Origin: an uncultured Phycisphaerales bacterium
Lineage (GTDB): Bacteria; Planctomycetota; Phycisphaerae; Tepidisphaerales; Tepidisphaeraceae
Reading direction: 5' to 3'
Length of the DNA stretch: 64,000 nucleotides
Assembly: GCA_963755915.1 (NCBI GenBank)
Contig: CAVWLP010000002.1
Span: forward strand, 480,001 to 544,000
The position numbers were made by a program, and so were the translations under genes. Positions 17,578 through 28,762 of this stretch are shown here, in pieces (position 1 is the stretch's first letter; each line of letters begins with the position of its first letter). The notes below the pieces were generated by a model, which made no database searches, was not told the DNA's origin, and worked only from the letters and a program-made list of their open reading frames with translations.

Positions 17578-19164
17578 TTGATTATGAGCAGTGTGGCCTC
17601 CTACGCAGATGACGTGGAAACCGCCCGGACCGCCCTTCCGGGGTGGATGACACGTTCCATCGACCGGTCGGGTTGGACCTGGACGCTGTTTCTCCTGCCC
17701 ACCATGGGAGCGGGCGTTTCATGGTTGGCGGGCGGAATCCAAATTCTCACCGATTTGAGCTTTGTTTTGTTTTCCGCCCTTTGCCTCGGTCTCCTGCTTA
17801 ACGAGTTGTTCAAGATCAATGTCCGCTGGGGCATCGGGGCATTCGCCCTGTACGGAGGAAGCCTCACCTGGTTCTGTTACGACTACATGGCACACTGGTT
17901 CATGGCGTCAGAATCGGTAGTGACTCTTTACGACTTCACCTATGCGACATTGGCCAAGGCGGCTTTTTACACGATGCTCTACGTGATGTTCATGACGGTG
18001 GGGCTGAACATCCGCAAGCCGGTCTGGCCCGAAAAATTGCTCTTCAAAATTCCCGAAACGCGGTCTTCGATGGTGCACATGTCGATCATTCTTTTGGTAT
18101 TCGCATTCGGCGTGAGTCCGTTTTTTATCTTTACGCGCGAGCCGTTCTACCGGGCGATCTACGAGCAGTTTCTGGCGGGACGAGGCGGCCAAGGTCCCCA
18201 GTGGACGGTGGGCCGAACCGGGAATTTGAACTACAATTGGGGCGGCTACGTGGCGCAGATTCTTCAGGTCGGCCAGGCCGGGGGCGTGCTCGCGATTCTA
18301 TTCGCGATCCTGTTCGCTAAAAACATCCTGCAAAAAATCATCTGTTGGGCAATCTGGATGCTGTGGCTGCTGCTGGCAATCGGAAGCGGAACCCGCAGCG
18401 ACGTCATGGCGGGCATGCTTCCGCCCCTTGCCGCCTTCTTTTTCAAATATCAGTCGATTGCCGTGATACACTTGCGGCGCGTCAGCTACCGCGCGTATCT
18501 CGGCAGCGCCTTAATTTTGTTGGTTTTTCTTGCGATTGTGCAATACCAGATCACGTATCGTGACGTCGGTTTCGCGGGAGCCTCAGTCACTGGTACTTCC
18601 TTGAATATTACTGGAAATTCCATGTTTTCCGAAAGCCTCCTGGCGTTCCAGTTGATTCCGGATCATGTGGATTTTTTTGCGAACAGGCTTTATTTGGAGG
18701 GTATTTTTCGGCCGATGATCGACCAGGCCTGGGGGTTCGTGATCTCGCCGATACCGCGGGCCCTGTGGACCAGTAAACCTGTCGATCAGGCCTGGGCATG
18801 GTACAACCGGGTGGTCACGGGCGAAGCCCTGGGAACCGAGGGAACGACAGTCGCCACCGGCGGACAAGGAGCGTGGTATATTCGCTACGGTCCGGCCGGT
18901 GTCATCGAGGGCGGCATTCTCGTCGGGTGGCTAATGGCCCTTGGCGAGCGGCTCCTCCGTCAGTCCACCGGCCGGTTAAACCTGCTGCTATTCGCTTTGG
19001 GGTGGGAGAACTGGCTGTTTGGCGCCTTCCGCGCGTTTGGATTTCCGACTCTCGACGCCCTGATGATCGCCATTGTCGTTCTGTCGTTCCTGACGGCTAC
19101 GCTCAACATCTTTGCCGAGCAGAGGGTTCCATCGGAAGCGGCACAGGCCCTCGCCACGGGATAG
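17578..19164 (+). CDS. Wzy-like polysaccharide polymerase
   Basis: Polytopic; G.RS after TM, IPRALW.SKP loop, Y..YG..GV. Confidence 0.7.
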   Translation: MIMSSVASYADDVETARTALPGWMTRSIDRSGWTWTLFLLPTMGAGVSWLAGGIQILTDLSFVLFSALCLGLLLNELFKINVRWGIGAFALYGGSLTWFCYDYMAHWFMASESVVTLYDFTYATLAKAAFYTMLYVMFMTVGLNIRKPVWPEKLLFKIPETRSSMVHMSIILLVFAFGVSPFFIFTREPFYRAIYEQFLAGRGGQGPQWTVGRTGNLNYNWGGYVAQILQVGQAGGVLAILFAILFAKNILQKIICWAIWMLWLLLAIGSGTRSDVMAGMLPPLAAFFFKYQSIAVIHLRRVSYRAYLGSALILLVFLAIVQYQITYRDVGFAGASVTGTSLNITGNSMFSESLLAFQLIPDHVDFFANRLYLEGIFRPMIDQAWGFVISPIPRALWTSKPVDQAWAWYNRVVTGEALGTEGTTVATGGQGAWYIRYGPAGVIEGGILVGWLMALGERLLRQSTGRLNLLLFALGWENWLFGAFRAFGFPTLDALMIAIVVLSFLTATLNIFAEQRVPSEAAQALATG

Positions 19165-19170
19165 AGCGGC

Positions 19171-20334
19171 TTAAGCGTGGCCGCGGGGCGCCGGCGACAA
19201 TTCCAGCATCTCACTGAGCAGTCGGACCCATTTCTCCAACGTGACCTCCCTGCCAAAGCGCTGCTGAAAGATCTCCAGAATTCGTGATGTAGTAATCTGC
19301 CGGTCTTTGAATCGCTGCACCGCATCGATGATCGCTGCGGCTGCGGCGGCGGGATCATCCAGCGGCATCAAACCGCCAAGCTCCGGCGTGTCGAGAATGT
19401 CCGGCAGCCCACCCACACCGGTCGCCACCAGCGGACGACCGCGGCTCAGTATCTCCAGGACCGCCACCGGCTGCCCCTCGGTCGTGGCCGTGTTCAGGAA
19501 CATGTGACACGAATCGATCGCGTCCCACTTCTTCTCATCCTTCACCATGCCGTGCAGCTTTACGTGCCCGTTTAGGAACGGCGAGCCCGCGATGATCTGC
19601 TCGATATCCCCTCGTTGAAGCCCGTCGCCAAACATGTGCAGCTCGAACGGCCACGCGGCCTTTTGCCCCAGCGCTTCGATGATCTTCATCATGTAAGGAA
19701 GGTTCTTCTGATGGACCAGCCGGCCGAGAAATCCGAAGCGGATCGTCGCATCGGCCGGGTTCGGGTCCACAGCGGGTTTGGAAGTGGTCGTCGAGAACAG
19801 GCTGATGTACTCCGCCCGTCCCTTGTATCCCAGGTCGCGGATTTCCTTCACAAAGCTAGGAGAAGTCAGGACGATGGTGTCGAAACATTCCAGAAGCCGC
19901 TGCGGAACACCTCCCGCCCACATTTCCGCCGGGCGATAGGGAACGACCAGGATCGAGGGAATCGGACGGCCGTCGGGCTTGCGGATCGATCGCAGGCGGT
20001 AATGCACTTCGTGAGGCATTACCTTCGGAAACAGCAGCAGGTCGCACTCCTGGGCCATCGACCACGCGGACCGCAGCAGGATCTTGTCGGGCCAGGCCCA
20101 CCGGCATCCCCACCGAAACGAAGTTCGCGCAAATCGCTGCGAGCGCTTGATGGAGTCGTCCAGCAACTGAGCCTTGTTCAACGGCCCGCTCCAGGCGGCA
20201 ATCCAGCGCTCGCCCAGCTCGTCGGGAACCGACAGAACCAGGCTCGCCACGAATGTTTCCACGCCGCCGATGTAATGAAATCCCCCGCAGTAATAGAGGA
20301 TATTTTTTCGCCCGTTCGTTTTAGACATGGTCAT
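19171..20334 (-). CDS. GT4 glycosyltransferase
   Basis: GGVE, GRLVHQKN, EGQPVAVLE, VGGLPD. Confidence 0.9.
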   Translation of the reverse strand: MTMSKTNGRKNILYYCGGFHYIGGVETFVASLVLSVPDELGERWIAAWSGPLNKAQLLDDSIKRSQRFARTSFRWGCRWAWPDKILLRSAWSMAQECDLLLFPKVMPHEVHYRLRSIRKPDGRPIPSILVVPYRPAEMWAGGVPQRLLECFDTIVLTSPSFVKEIRDLGYKGRAEYISLFSTTTSKPAVDPNPADATIRFGFLGRLVHQKNLPYMMKIIEALGQKAAWPFELHMFGDGLQRGDIEQIIAGSPFLNGHVKLHGMVKDEKKWDAIDSCHMFLNTATTEGQPVAVLEILSRGRPLVATGVGGLPDILDTPELGGLMPLDDPAAAAAAIIDAVQRFKDRQITTSRILEIFQQRFGREVTLEKWVRLLSEMLELSPAPRGHA

Positions 20335-20411
20335 CTCTAAAAATCATTACCTCTTTTTTTCAGTTATTCTCACCCCAAACAATCCAATCCAAAACCTCCC
20401 AGGCCATCCGG

Positions 20412-21269
20412 TTAACCCGGCAATTTTACCGCCCGGAAGTGCTTGCGGTACTTCAAGGTCCCGCGATGATCGCGCGCCGCCAGCAGCCGAGCTTTGAGTC
20501 GTCTCAACCGATCCGCCACAGGCTGCGGCAGACGCTGCCCAAACCACTGTCCGAATCTTTTTCCGCCTGCGCTTTCGCCGCTCTGCCACTTTGCAACATA
20601 GTCGCTCTGCTGCGGTGTCTTTTCAAAGATTACTTTTACGCCCGTGCGTCGAGCCTGGACCAGCAAAAATACCGGAGATGAGCCGCGCGTCAGCTCCACG
20701 CGCTCCTGCACCGTCTCAGGGTCAACCACCTCGTACCAGTCTTTGCCGGTCGCATGCGCATAAAAGTGCTCGATTTTGAAACCATTCGCCTCGTTCAAAC
20801 AGCGGAAAAGCAGCTCCGGGCTTGCCTGATAAAATCCGTGCCCACACCAGTTGTTCATCGCCTGGTAGATCATCAGTCGCCCGCCGACCTTCACCATTTC
20901 CATCTGGTTCTTTAAGGCTTGGGGATAGTTGAAGACGTGCTCCGTCGTACCCCCGTCAAATACCACGTCGAATTGCGCCTTGAGTGTTTCCGGGATTGGC
21001 TGATTCAGGTCGTGGACAATCTGCGCCCCTTCGTAAGTCGAGACATCCATCGATTGCAGATCCTTCACCCCCAGGGCCTCGAAGAATGAATCGGCATACA
21101 GTACCGGCGCCCACTCGGGAACCGGCGCGTTGAGGCTCGAAAATATCTCGCGCCTTTCCGTCCCTGAAAACATCAGCCATTGACGTCCCAGCGTCAGCGT
21201 TTTATCGAAGCAAACCCCTTCCTTCCGGGCGGCGCGAAGGAATTTTGCCGCTCGCACGTCAACGCCCAT
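20412..21269 (-). CDS. Class I SAM-dependent methyltransferase-like protein
   Basis: D.S.YEGA...HDLN.P, FDVVFDGGTTEHVFN, HGFYQ.SP. Confidence 0.75.
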   Translation of the reverse strand: MGVDVRAAKFLRAARKEGVCFDKTLTLGRQWLMFSGTERREIFSSLNAPVPEWAPVLYADSFFEALGVKDLQSMDVSTYEGAQIVHDLNQPIPETLKAQFDVVFDGGTTEHVFNYPQALKNQMEMVKVGGRLMIYQAMNNWCGHGFYQASPELLFRCLNEANGFKIEHFYAHATGKDWYEVVDPETVQERVELTRGSSPVFLLVQARRTGVKVIFEKTPQQSDYVAKWQSGESAGGKRFGQWFGQRLPQPVADRLRRLKARLLAARDHRGTLKYRKHFRAVKLPG

Positions 21270-21555
21270 TGTCCCAAACCCTCCAAAATATCCCAAAGCG
21301 ACCCATTAGCTCATGTAACCGGCATTCCCAGTTGGACTTTTGCCAGCCGATGACACCGGCATTTTCGGGTACTGTAACGTCTGGCTTGGAATCTGGCGAG
21401 CGCTTCCCGAACCTTCGGCGTCGCATAAGCGCGCGGATATTTCCAGCGTTACGGGAGGCGTAAACATGACACAAAAACCTGCCCGCGACCCGGCATTCGC
21501 CTCGCTTGAGTCTGTGGGTTCTTTCAACTAAATTTGCCCATCAGAGAGGGCTTCC

Positions 21556-22746
21556 GTGCATCGCCGATTGCAATACGCGATTTTAGCTTTGCTACTCATC
21601 AATGCCGCTGGCGGCATTTCGGTTGGTGCGTTTCGGTTGGCGAGATCTCCGTGGCCATCCGCTTGCGACCTGTATTTGCGCTGGACCGAAGAACGAAACT
21701 TCGCCAGTAGACGTAATCCTGCATCCGATAGTCCTGATGCGGCAATGCCCTACTATTCTCCGGACTCGAAGATCAATGGAATACTAACGGCGGCCGACTA
21801 TCCACCCTGGTCGTATCCCAGCGAGTTGGTATTTGTCCCGCCTCTTCCATTTAGGATCGTCCGATTGTATTTCGTGGGGGAATGCCTCCTGAGCCTCGGG
21901 ATCATGGCTTATTGGGCGGGCAAAACCGCCGCCCCCTATCGACAACCGTGGCCCGCCATCGCCGCCTGTCTTGCCCTGTCGATGGCTTCCATTTCCTACT
22001 GCCTGTCCAACGGGCAGTACGCCATCATCATTACCGCTCTTCTCGTCTGCAGCCTGCTGATGATCGAGCGCGGCCAATACGTCGCCGCCGGCATCTTCAT
22101 GGGATTCGCACTACTCAAACCCAGCCTTTCGATGCCGTTTCTCGCTGTATTTCTAGCCCTGCGGCTTTGGCTGCCTCTGATTGTCGCATTGGGATTCAAT
22201 GTTGTCTCATGCCTTGTCGAATGGGCCATCACCGGATGCAGCCCACTGATGATTCTGCATCAATCCTCCGTCAATCTGCGATACTGGGAGAACACCGGTC
22301 ACAATTTTGTCACATCGATGATCGTATTGACCGCCAACGGCAACCAGTTAGCGGAAACGGCCGTGATGGCGGCGGTTGGATTGATCGGGTTGGGAGCGAT
22401 TTATTTCGCATATCGGCGCGGATGCGGCGTTGTCACGATGTTCGCCATCGCCGCGGTAACCGGCTTGAGCTGGACCTATCGCAAGGAATATGACGTCGTC
22501 GCGATTGTCTTCCTGCTCGTCGGACTTCTGGCCGTTGCCCTCAAAACGCGAAACCGATGGGCAGTGGCATCGCTTATATTCTGCTGCCTCTTTGTGATTC
22601 CTCCCTTTCGTATGAAAGACCATAATCACCTGGCTATGCAATTCCTCGAACTTTTGAGCTGGCTTGTGGGAATCTGGGTATTGCTCCAACTGGATCGCTC
22701 CGGCAACAGAGCTGAGAATCCTGAAACAATACTGGTGGCGGCGTAG
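21556..22746 (+). CDS. GT87-like membrane glycosyltransferase
   Basis: DL..R, YPPW, NGQ, LLKP, YD motifs; polytopic. Confidence 0.75.
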   Translation: MHRRLQYAILALLLINAAGGISVGAFRLARSPWPSACDLYLRWTEERNFASRRNPASDSPDAAMPYYSPDSKINGILTAADYPPWSYPSELVFVPPLPFRIVRLYFVGECLLSLGIMAYWAGKTAAPYRQPWPAIAACLALSMASISYCLSNGQYAIIITALLVCSLLMIERGQYVAAGIFMGFALLKPSLSMPFLAVFLALRLWLPLIVALGFNVVSCLVEWAITGCSPLMILHQSSVNLRYWENTGHNFVTSMIVLTANGNQLAETAVMAAVGLIGLGAIYFAYRRGCGVVTMFAIAAVTGLSWTYRKEYDVVAIVFLLVGLLAVALKTRNRWAVASLIFCCLFVIPPFRMKDHNHLAMQFLELLSWLVGIWVLLQLDRSGNRAENPETILVAA

Positions 22747-22940
22747 GCGCACGTCGAAGCAAATGGTAATCCCTGCCAATCCTGCGTAAATTCGCGTTGA
22801 ATAAACATAAGTTCGAAACCGCATTTCTCCCGATGACGCACACCCAGGCGGCTGGGCAAACTGAAAAACAACCGGCGCGACAGGAGCACAATCCCCAAAC
22901 CGCCCTCCCCGCGGCGCTCAGGCGCAAATCAGCCGCAACA

Positions 22941-24194
22941 CTAGCGAGTATTCATGAGCTGCCGGAAATGATCCGCTAATTGCGTCTGATATCGCTCGAT
23001 GTTGAATTCCAGCACGCGCCGCCGTGCGGCATTTCCCATCTCCAGCAGCAGATCGCGGTCGTCATCCAAGCGCCCAATCGCCTCGCGAAATCCATCGACA
23101 TCATCGTATGCCCGCACGAACCCCTCAGCGCCATCGCGCACCGGCGACCCGCTGTTGGGTGTCGTCACAATCGGCAGCCCCCGGCTCATCGCCTCGAGCA
23201 CCGCGGTGGCAGAGCCTTCACACGTTGACGGAAAAAAGAAGACGTCGAACCGATCCAGCCACTGAAAAATCTGGCTATGGGGCAGCGGTCCTACAAACTG
23301 CACGCGATCCGAAAATTCCTCGAGCCGCGCAGGGTTGAGAAGATTAATTCCCACCATCGCGAAGCGCACTCGCTCCGGCTTGAATCGCCGCGCCGTCTCC
23401 AGGAACCACGGCGCTCCCTTGCGAATCCCACCGCCCCCACAAACCCGACTAAAAGGGGACGTACCTCTTTTCCAACCTTTTTCCGCTCCAAACCGGACGC
23501 CACCCCCCGCGGCCACGGATATGGAATCACCGCAATCCTCTCGGCCGGGATGCCCACGGAGATCAATCCCTCGCGAACGTACTCCGACGCGCAGGTGATC
23601 CGATCCAGATGCTGCCAAGTGGCGCGTTCAAAATCCAGATACCCCTGATGCATCTGCACAGACTCACGGTCGCGAAAGCCCGGCCAGCGCTCGATCTGGC
23701 GTTTCATTTCCGCCAGCTCAACTTCCAGCGGCGCGATCATCTGATCGCCGCACGTCCGAAGCCCCGCCGATCTGGCTCTTTGAAATATCTCCGGCGCGGC
23801 ATTGCGCACAAATCCGTAAACCGCATTTGCCTGCCCAAAACCCTCTTTCAACACCCACTTGGCCGTTTCGTGCGAATGCCAGATATACGCGTCCTCGCCC
23901 GTTGGTAACCGGCGCATCTGGAGCTTGAGGCGAAGCGCGCAACGGACTGCGAATTACCCGAGAAGGATCCAGCTCCGCGCATGACCGCTCTGCCATGCGT
24001 TTGCCCAGTTTCGGGTTGAATTTACTCCCGATCCCCGCAATTTTTTCCTCCAGCGACCCCCGCCGCACAAACCAGTCGATGAAAACGCGCTCCAGCATCC
24101 CCACGTTTTGCAATGCCAACGGCACCATATAGCGCAACCGCGCGCCGTCCTGGATCATCGCGACGCGAGGTTGGGAAAAATCGGACGCTGACAT
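22941..24194 (-). CDS. GT4 glycosyltransferase split over three frames (shifts near 23930 and 23420)
   Basis: Q.GARLRY.VP N-terminus; CASEYV middle; RKGAP, FPS.CEGSA.AVLEAMS.GLP C-terminus. Confidence 0.8.
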
Positions 24195-24205
24195 CCCGAA
24201 TCCAA

Positions 24206-25324
24206 TCAACTTGCGGCCCTTAGCGCCGCCACCAGCTTCTCGACGGCAGCCGACCAGTGAAACTGCTCGGCACGCTTTTTACCTCGCTCGATTAACCCTT
24301 CCCGAAGCGCCGCATCGTTTCGCAGCCGCGCGATCGCGTCGGCCACACTATCGGCATTCGGCGCGTCGACGATCAATCCGGCGTCTCCAACAACCTCCGG
24401 CAGCGACGCAAACCGGGAAACCACCACGGGGGTTCCGGCCGCCATTGCTTCCAGCGCAGGAATTCCCGACCCCTCGTACCGGGAAAGCATCAGAACGGCC
24501 GTCGCGAAACGCATCAGGCTCACCTGACGAGCTATGGGCACATAACCCAGGCGCACCACGTTGCTCATCGGCGCGGTCACCTCTTCAAAATATTTTTCCA
24601 TCGATCCGGTAACAAGGATCCGCATATCGGGCTGAAGGACGGCCACGCGCCTCGCCAGTTCCACGAGATACTCCGCCCCTTTCTTGCGGAGCAGGCCCGA
24701 AGCCGTCAGCACGTAGGGATACGATGGAACATCCGCGCCGGGCGGCGTTTTGGTTCCCGCCGTGAAATAGCTTTCCTCGATCCCGTTGCCGACAACCGCG
24801 ATCATCCGGGGATCAAAATCGAGCAAACTCACTAAACGCTGCTTCGTGAACTCAGAAACCGCCAGGATCAGTTTCGCGTGCCGGCGAATCTGCGCGAACA
24901 GTTTGCTCCAGCGGCGTCGCTCGGCCTGGTGCTCTGCTGTCCCCGACCAGGGCAGGTCCGGCTCAAGCGCATACAGATCATGCACGGTAACGGCCAGCGC
25001 GGCCTTTCGCGTGGCGACGAACGTCTCGGCGGGGCAATAAACCCAATCCGCCTTGGGGCACCAGCGCTCGATGGCGGGCCAGTTGAAGAAACGCCAGGAA
25101 GCCTCAAGCCAGCGCGACGCCAGCGGCAGCGGCGCCGCCGGCAATCCCGCCAAGGGACTGTCTGCCGGAATCCGTCCGCTGGAATCCAACTGCCCGCGCG
25201 GAGCCGCCACCTCGACGGAAATCCCCGGCGTCGAGCCCAGCCCGCGCACCATTTGGATGATGTGCTGTCCCACGCCCGTTGGGGTGCGGGTGCGATGAAG
25301 ATGAACGTAGGCCGAAACCTTCAT
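24206..25324 (-). CDS. GT4 glycosyltransferase
   Basis: TGVG, TVHDL, VSEFT, SRYEG.GIPALEAMAAGTPV, SLPEVVGDAG. Confidence 0.92.
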   Translation of the reverse strand: MKVSAYVHLHRTRTPTGVGQHIIQMVRGLGSTPGISVEVAAPRGQLDSSGRIPADSPLAGLPAAPLPLASRWLEASWRFFNWPAIERWCPKADWVYCPAETFVATRKAALAVTVHDLYALEPDLPWSGTAEHQAERRRWSKLFAQIRRHAKLILAVSEFTKQRLVSLLDFDPRMIAVVGNGIEESYFTAGTKTPPGADVPSYPYVLTASGLLRKKGAEYLVELARRVAVLQPDMRILVTGSMEKYFEEVTAPMSNVVRLGYVPIARQVSLMRFATAVLMLSRYEGSGIPALEAMAAGTPVVVSRFASLPEVVGDAGLIVDAPNADSVADAIARLRNDAALREGLIERGKKRAEQFHWSAAVEKLVAALRAAS

Positions 25325-25336
25325 TCGTCTAAATCT

Positions 25337-26317
25337 TCACTCCTGCGGTGCAGGCGCACGAAAATATCGCGCCAGCGTAATCGTCGGCTGTCCAAGCAGG
25401 AAACGCCACCTCCCCATTCGCAAATGCCATGCGAACGTCAGGCGATAAATCCTGCGGGCCTTGCGAAATTTCCCCAGGCGCAAACACGCCATGCTCAAAG
25501 GCCGCGCCGCCGCGCAAATAAACTCCCGCCGACGTCGCGCGCGGGCCGCTCCACCCGGATACTGCCCGTTGCGCTCACGCTCGATAAGTGTCTCAAGCCC
25601 ATCCATAAACCAGTTCAACTGTTTGTCGCTCGTAAGGTTCGAATCGTGCAACCCGCGCACCGCCATGTACGGCTTATCCAATCGGATATATCCGTGCGCC
25701 TCTCCCAGTCGCAGCATCAAATCATGGTCCTCAAGACCAAGGTGAAAAGGGAAAAACCCTCCCACCGACCGCAATACATCGGTCCGTATAGTCCACCCGC
25801 TTGGATAAATGGGCCAGCTCTCGACCGGCGAGGCCAGGAAATCCGCGAACTCCTGCATCGCCAGCTCTTCCCGGGGTATGGTCTCAAGCTTCAGCGTCTT
25901 CAAATCTCGTGCGACCACCGAGCCCGCGCAAAAGGAAGGCTCGCCGAACCGCTCGATCGCGCGGCGATGAGACTCCAGCGTCCACGTAAACCACAAATCG
26001 TCATGATCCAGCAGCGCGACGTATCTGCCTTTCGCCGCTTCGATTCCCGTGTTCCGCGCCGCCGTCGTCCCTCCGTTTTTGCGATGAATCAGGCTTAGCC
26101 GCGCGTCGCCCCTGTCATTCGAATATCGTTGCAGAACGTCCCACGTGCCGTCCGTCGACCCATCATCCACGACGATCAGCTCAAAGTCGCGTTCGCTTTG
26201 CGAGAGAACGGAATCGAGCGTTGGGTAGATCAATTCGCCGCGGTTATAGGTGGGAATTATGACCGAAAACAACGGCATTTTTTCCGCCAGCAATTCAATC
26301 GATTGCGCCTCAGCCAT
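25337..26317 (-). CDS. GT2 glycosyltransferase
   Basis: SVIIPTYNR, VVDDGSTD, ARNTG, LDHDD, ED. Confidence 0.93.
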   Translation of the reverse strand: MAEAQSIELLAEKMPLFSVIIPTYNRGELIYPTLDSVLSQSERDFELIVVDDGSTDGTWDVLQRYSNDRGDARLSLIHRKNGGTTAARNTGIEAAKGRYVALLDHDDLWFTWTLESHRRAIERFGEPSFCAGSVVARDLKTLKLETIPREELAMQEFADFLASPVESWPIYPSGWTIRTDVLRSVGGFFPFHLGLEDHDLMLRLGEAHGYIRLDKPYMAVRGLHDSNLTSDKQLNWFMDGLETLIERERNGQYPGGAARARRRREFICAAARPLSMACLRLGKFRKARRIYRLTFAWHLRMGRWRFLLGQPTITLARYFRAPAPQE

Positions 26318-26381
26318 GCAGCGACATCCACTCGCCAATGCCTCATTGCGTACTCACCACTGCTCGCTAGTATACAGGCCT

Positions 26382-27197
26382 ATGGGTCTGGCTCATATCG
26401 CGCGGACAGTCCGCAATCTCGTGGACAAAACGTGGCAGCGGCGAAGCGCCTACGCTACGCCTGTCGACGTTTACAAGGGCTTCACGCTGCGAACCGCGCT
26501 GGGCCGCACCGGCCGCAAAATCTTCCCACCCCGCGAGGTCAAATTAAATGTTCCCGGGGCCGCCGAACCACTGTGGGTGCGCAGAACCACCTCCGATTTT
26601 CAGGTTTTCGCGGAATTGTTCGAGCAGTACGAATACGACATTGTCGGAAAGCTCCAGCTCCCCGAGGCTCCGATCATTTTCGATTTCGGCGGAAACATCG
26701 GACTAGGCACCCGAAGGATGTCGATGCTCCTGCCCAAAGCTCGCTTCCTGGTCGTGGAGCCCGATGCCGAGAACCGTCGAATGTATCGCAAGAACAACGA
26801 ATCACTCCTGGCTGCAAATCGCGTTACGCTTATCGAAGGTTTTGTTTCTGCCAGGGACGGTGTCGCCGCCATCGACCGCTCGAGCGGTAACGCATCCGGA
26901 TTTCACAAACGCGAGGCCGGAGCTCAGGACAAGGAGCTGATCCAGTGCTACAGCCCCGAAACGCTCATGAACAAGGCCGGCGTCCAAAACATCGATCTGG
27001 TAAAGGTCGACATCGAGGGCGCGGAAGCGGAACTTTTTGCCAATTGCGGCGGTTGGGTCCACGCCGCTCGTCACATCATGATTGAATGCCACGAGCCCTA
27101 CACATACCAGAAGTTCTTTGACGATTTGAACCGCGCGGGGTGGAAATTCGACATCGTCGAACAGAATCACGCGATGACCTGCGTGCGCCGGGCCTAA
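26382..27197 (+). CDS. FkbM family methyltransferase
   Basis: D.GGNIG, VEP, IDLVKVDIEGAE, IECH. Confidence 0.9.
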   Translation: MGLAHIARTVRNLVDKTWQRRSAYATPVDVYKGFTLRTALGRTGRKIFPPREVKLNVPGAAEPLWVRRTTSDFQVFAELFEQYEYDIVGKLQLPEAPIIFDFGGNIGLGTRRMSMLLPKARFLVVEPDAENRRMYRKNNESLLAANRVTLIEGFVSARDGVAAIDRSSGNASGFHKREAGAQDKELIQCYSPETLMNKAGVQNIDLVKVDIEGAEAELFANCGGWVHAARHIMIECHEPYTYQKFFDDLNRAGWKFDIVEQNHAMTCVRRA

Positions 27198-28749
27198 AAA
27201 CCGGGCGAGGAATCGGTTGGCAGGCCAGCACCCACGGGGGCTGTTTGCGGCTCTGGAGGCTTTGCCGGCCCACGCCGCCGAACCAGGGTCCTGAATTCCA
27301 GCACCGCAGGGGCATCCACCAGCAAAGTCAATCCGAGGTAACCCACGACTCCCCCCCGCTGACGCAAATCAAACGCACAATCGCCGCAGCGCCATGCATC
27401 CAATCACCAAGAAGCATCATTCCGGCACAGCACACGGCTCCCACACCAAACAGGCTTAGAATATGCCGAATCAGTTTGAAAGCGCTGATTCCCGCCGCAC
27501 GCCGGCCCCAGTTCCAGAGCCCAAACGCGTAGATCCCCTGGCAAATGACGTACACAACGTTAATTGCCATCAGACTGCGATGCAGTAGCAACACCGCTCC
27601 TCCAGCGGTCCCCAGCATCGCGAGATTCACCAGCCCAAATCTCAACCAAACCAATGGCTTGCCCAGCGCGTGGGTCACGACCACACCCATCGTCCCCAGC
27701 CCATTCGTAAGCAACACAATCGAGTAGACCCTTAGCAACGGCGGCACCGCGCCCCATTGCGGACCAAGCACCACCCTGATCAGATCGGGCGCCGTTGCCG
27801 TCATCCATGCCCAACTGAACGCGCAAAGCAGCATCACCCCTATGCATCCGCGCACGAAAATGCTCCGCAGGCGCTCAGCGTCTTCCCGCACGCTCCGCAG
27901 TAGCGGATTCAGCAGACGATCAAACGCGCTCAGCAGATTAAAGCCCACCATGTCGGAAATTTGGGTTGCCCGTCCGAAGTTGCCGGCGCCAATGACGCCT
28001 CCGACGGTCATCACAAAAACGTTCACCACCTGTTGCTGAAGCATGTTTACATACTGCGCCGCCGTCACTTTCCACCCGTAATTCAGCATCTTTTTCGCCA
28101 TCCCGCCGTTGAATGCACGCGGCCAGTGAAATGGATGCCGATGAAAAATCACCAGGTTCCCCAATATCTGCGCTACCAGCGGCTGAAGCGCAAGCGCGAA
28201 TACACCGACTTCGCGGTGCCGGTGCGCGATCAATGCCATCGACAGGCCCGTCACCGTCAGCGCCGCGGCGAACGTAATGTTCTGGAAGGATTCCGCCTTG
28301 AATTTGAGATCGCGGTTCAGGCAGGCCATTTGAAAAGTGTAAATCGATGAAAGCAAATTCGACGCGCCTCCCAGGACGCCAACCCAGAACAAACGCGGAT
28401 CGTGCCGCGCCGTTGCGCAGACAAATCCGCTCCCGAGCCAGATCATCGTATAAACGATCCCCAGCACCACGGAAACAATCAGCCCGCTGTCCTCGGTCGT
28501 CTCCTTCGGCAGGTCCCGGTATTGCACCAGGGCCCGGGCGATGCCGCAGTCTCCCAGTACCGAGATGAATCCCGGCGCCAGCGCTACCAGGGTGATCAGC
28601 CCGTAGTCCTCGACTTTGAGCAGCCGCGCCATCGCAAACGCCGTCAGCACGCGCAGCACCTGCGTCATCACGGACGTGAACAGAAAAATGATCTTGTCGG
28701 AAACGATCAACACAAAATTTGAGCCGTTTAGTCGATCAGACAGGTTCAC
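27194..28749 (-). CDS. Oligosaccharide flippase (Wzx); probable frameshift in C-run near 27352
   Basis: ARLL...DYGL, D.GI..AL.Q, VLG.QW...P; last TM continues in the 27194..27403 frame. Confidence 0.85.
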
Positions 28750-28762
28750 AATCGGCAATTTC

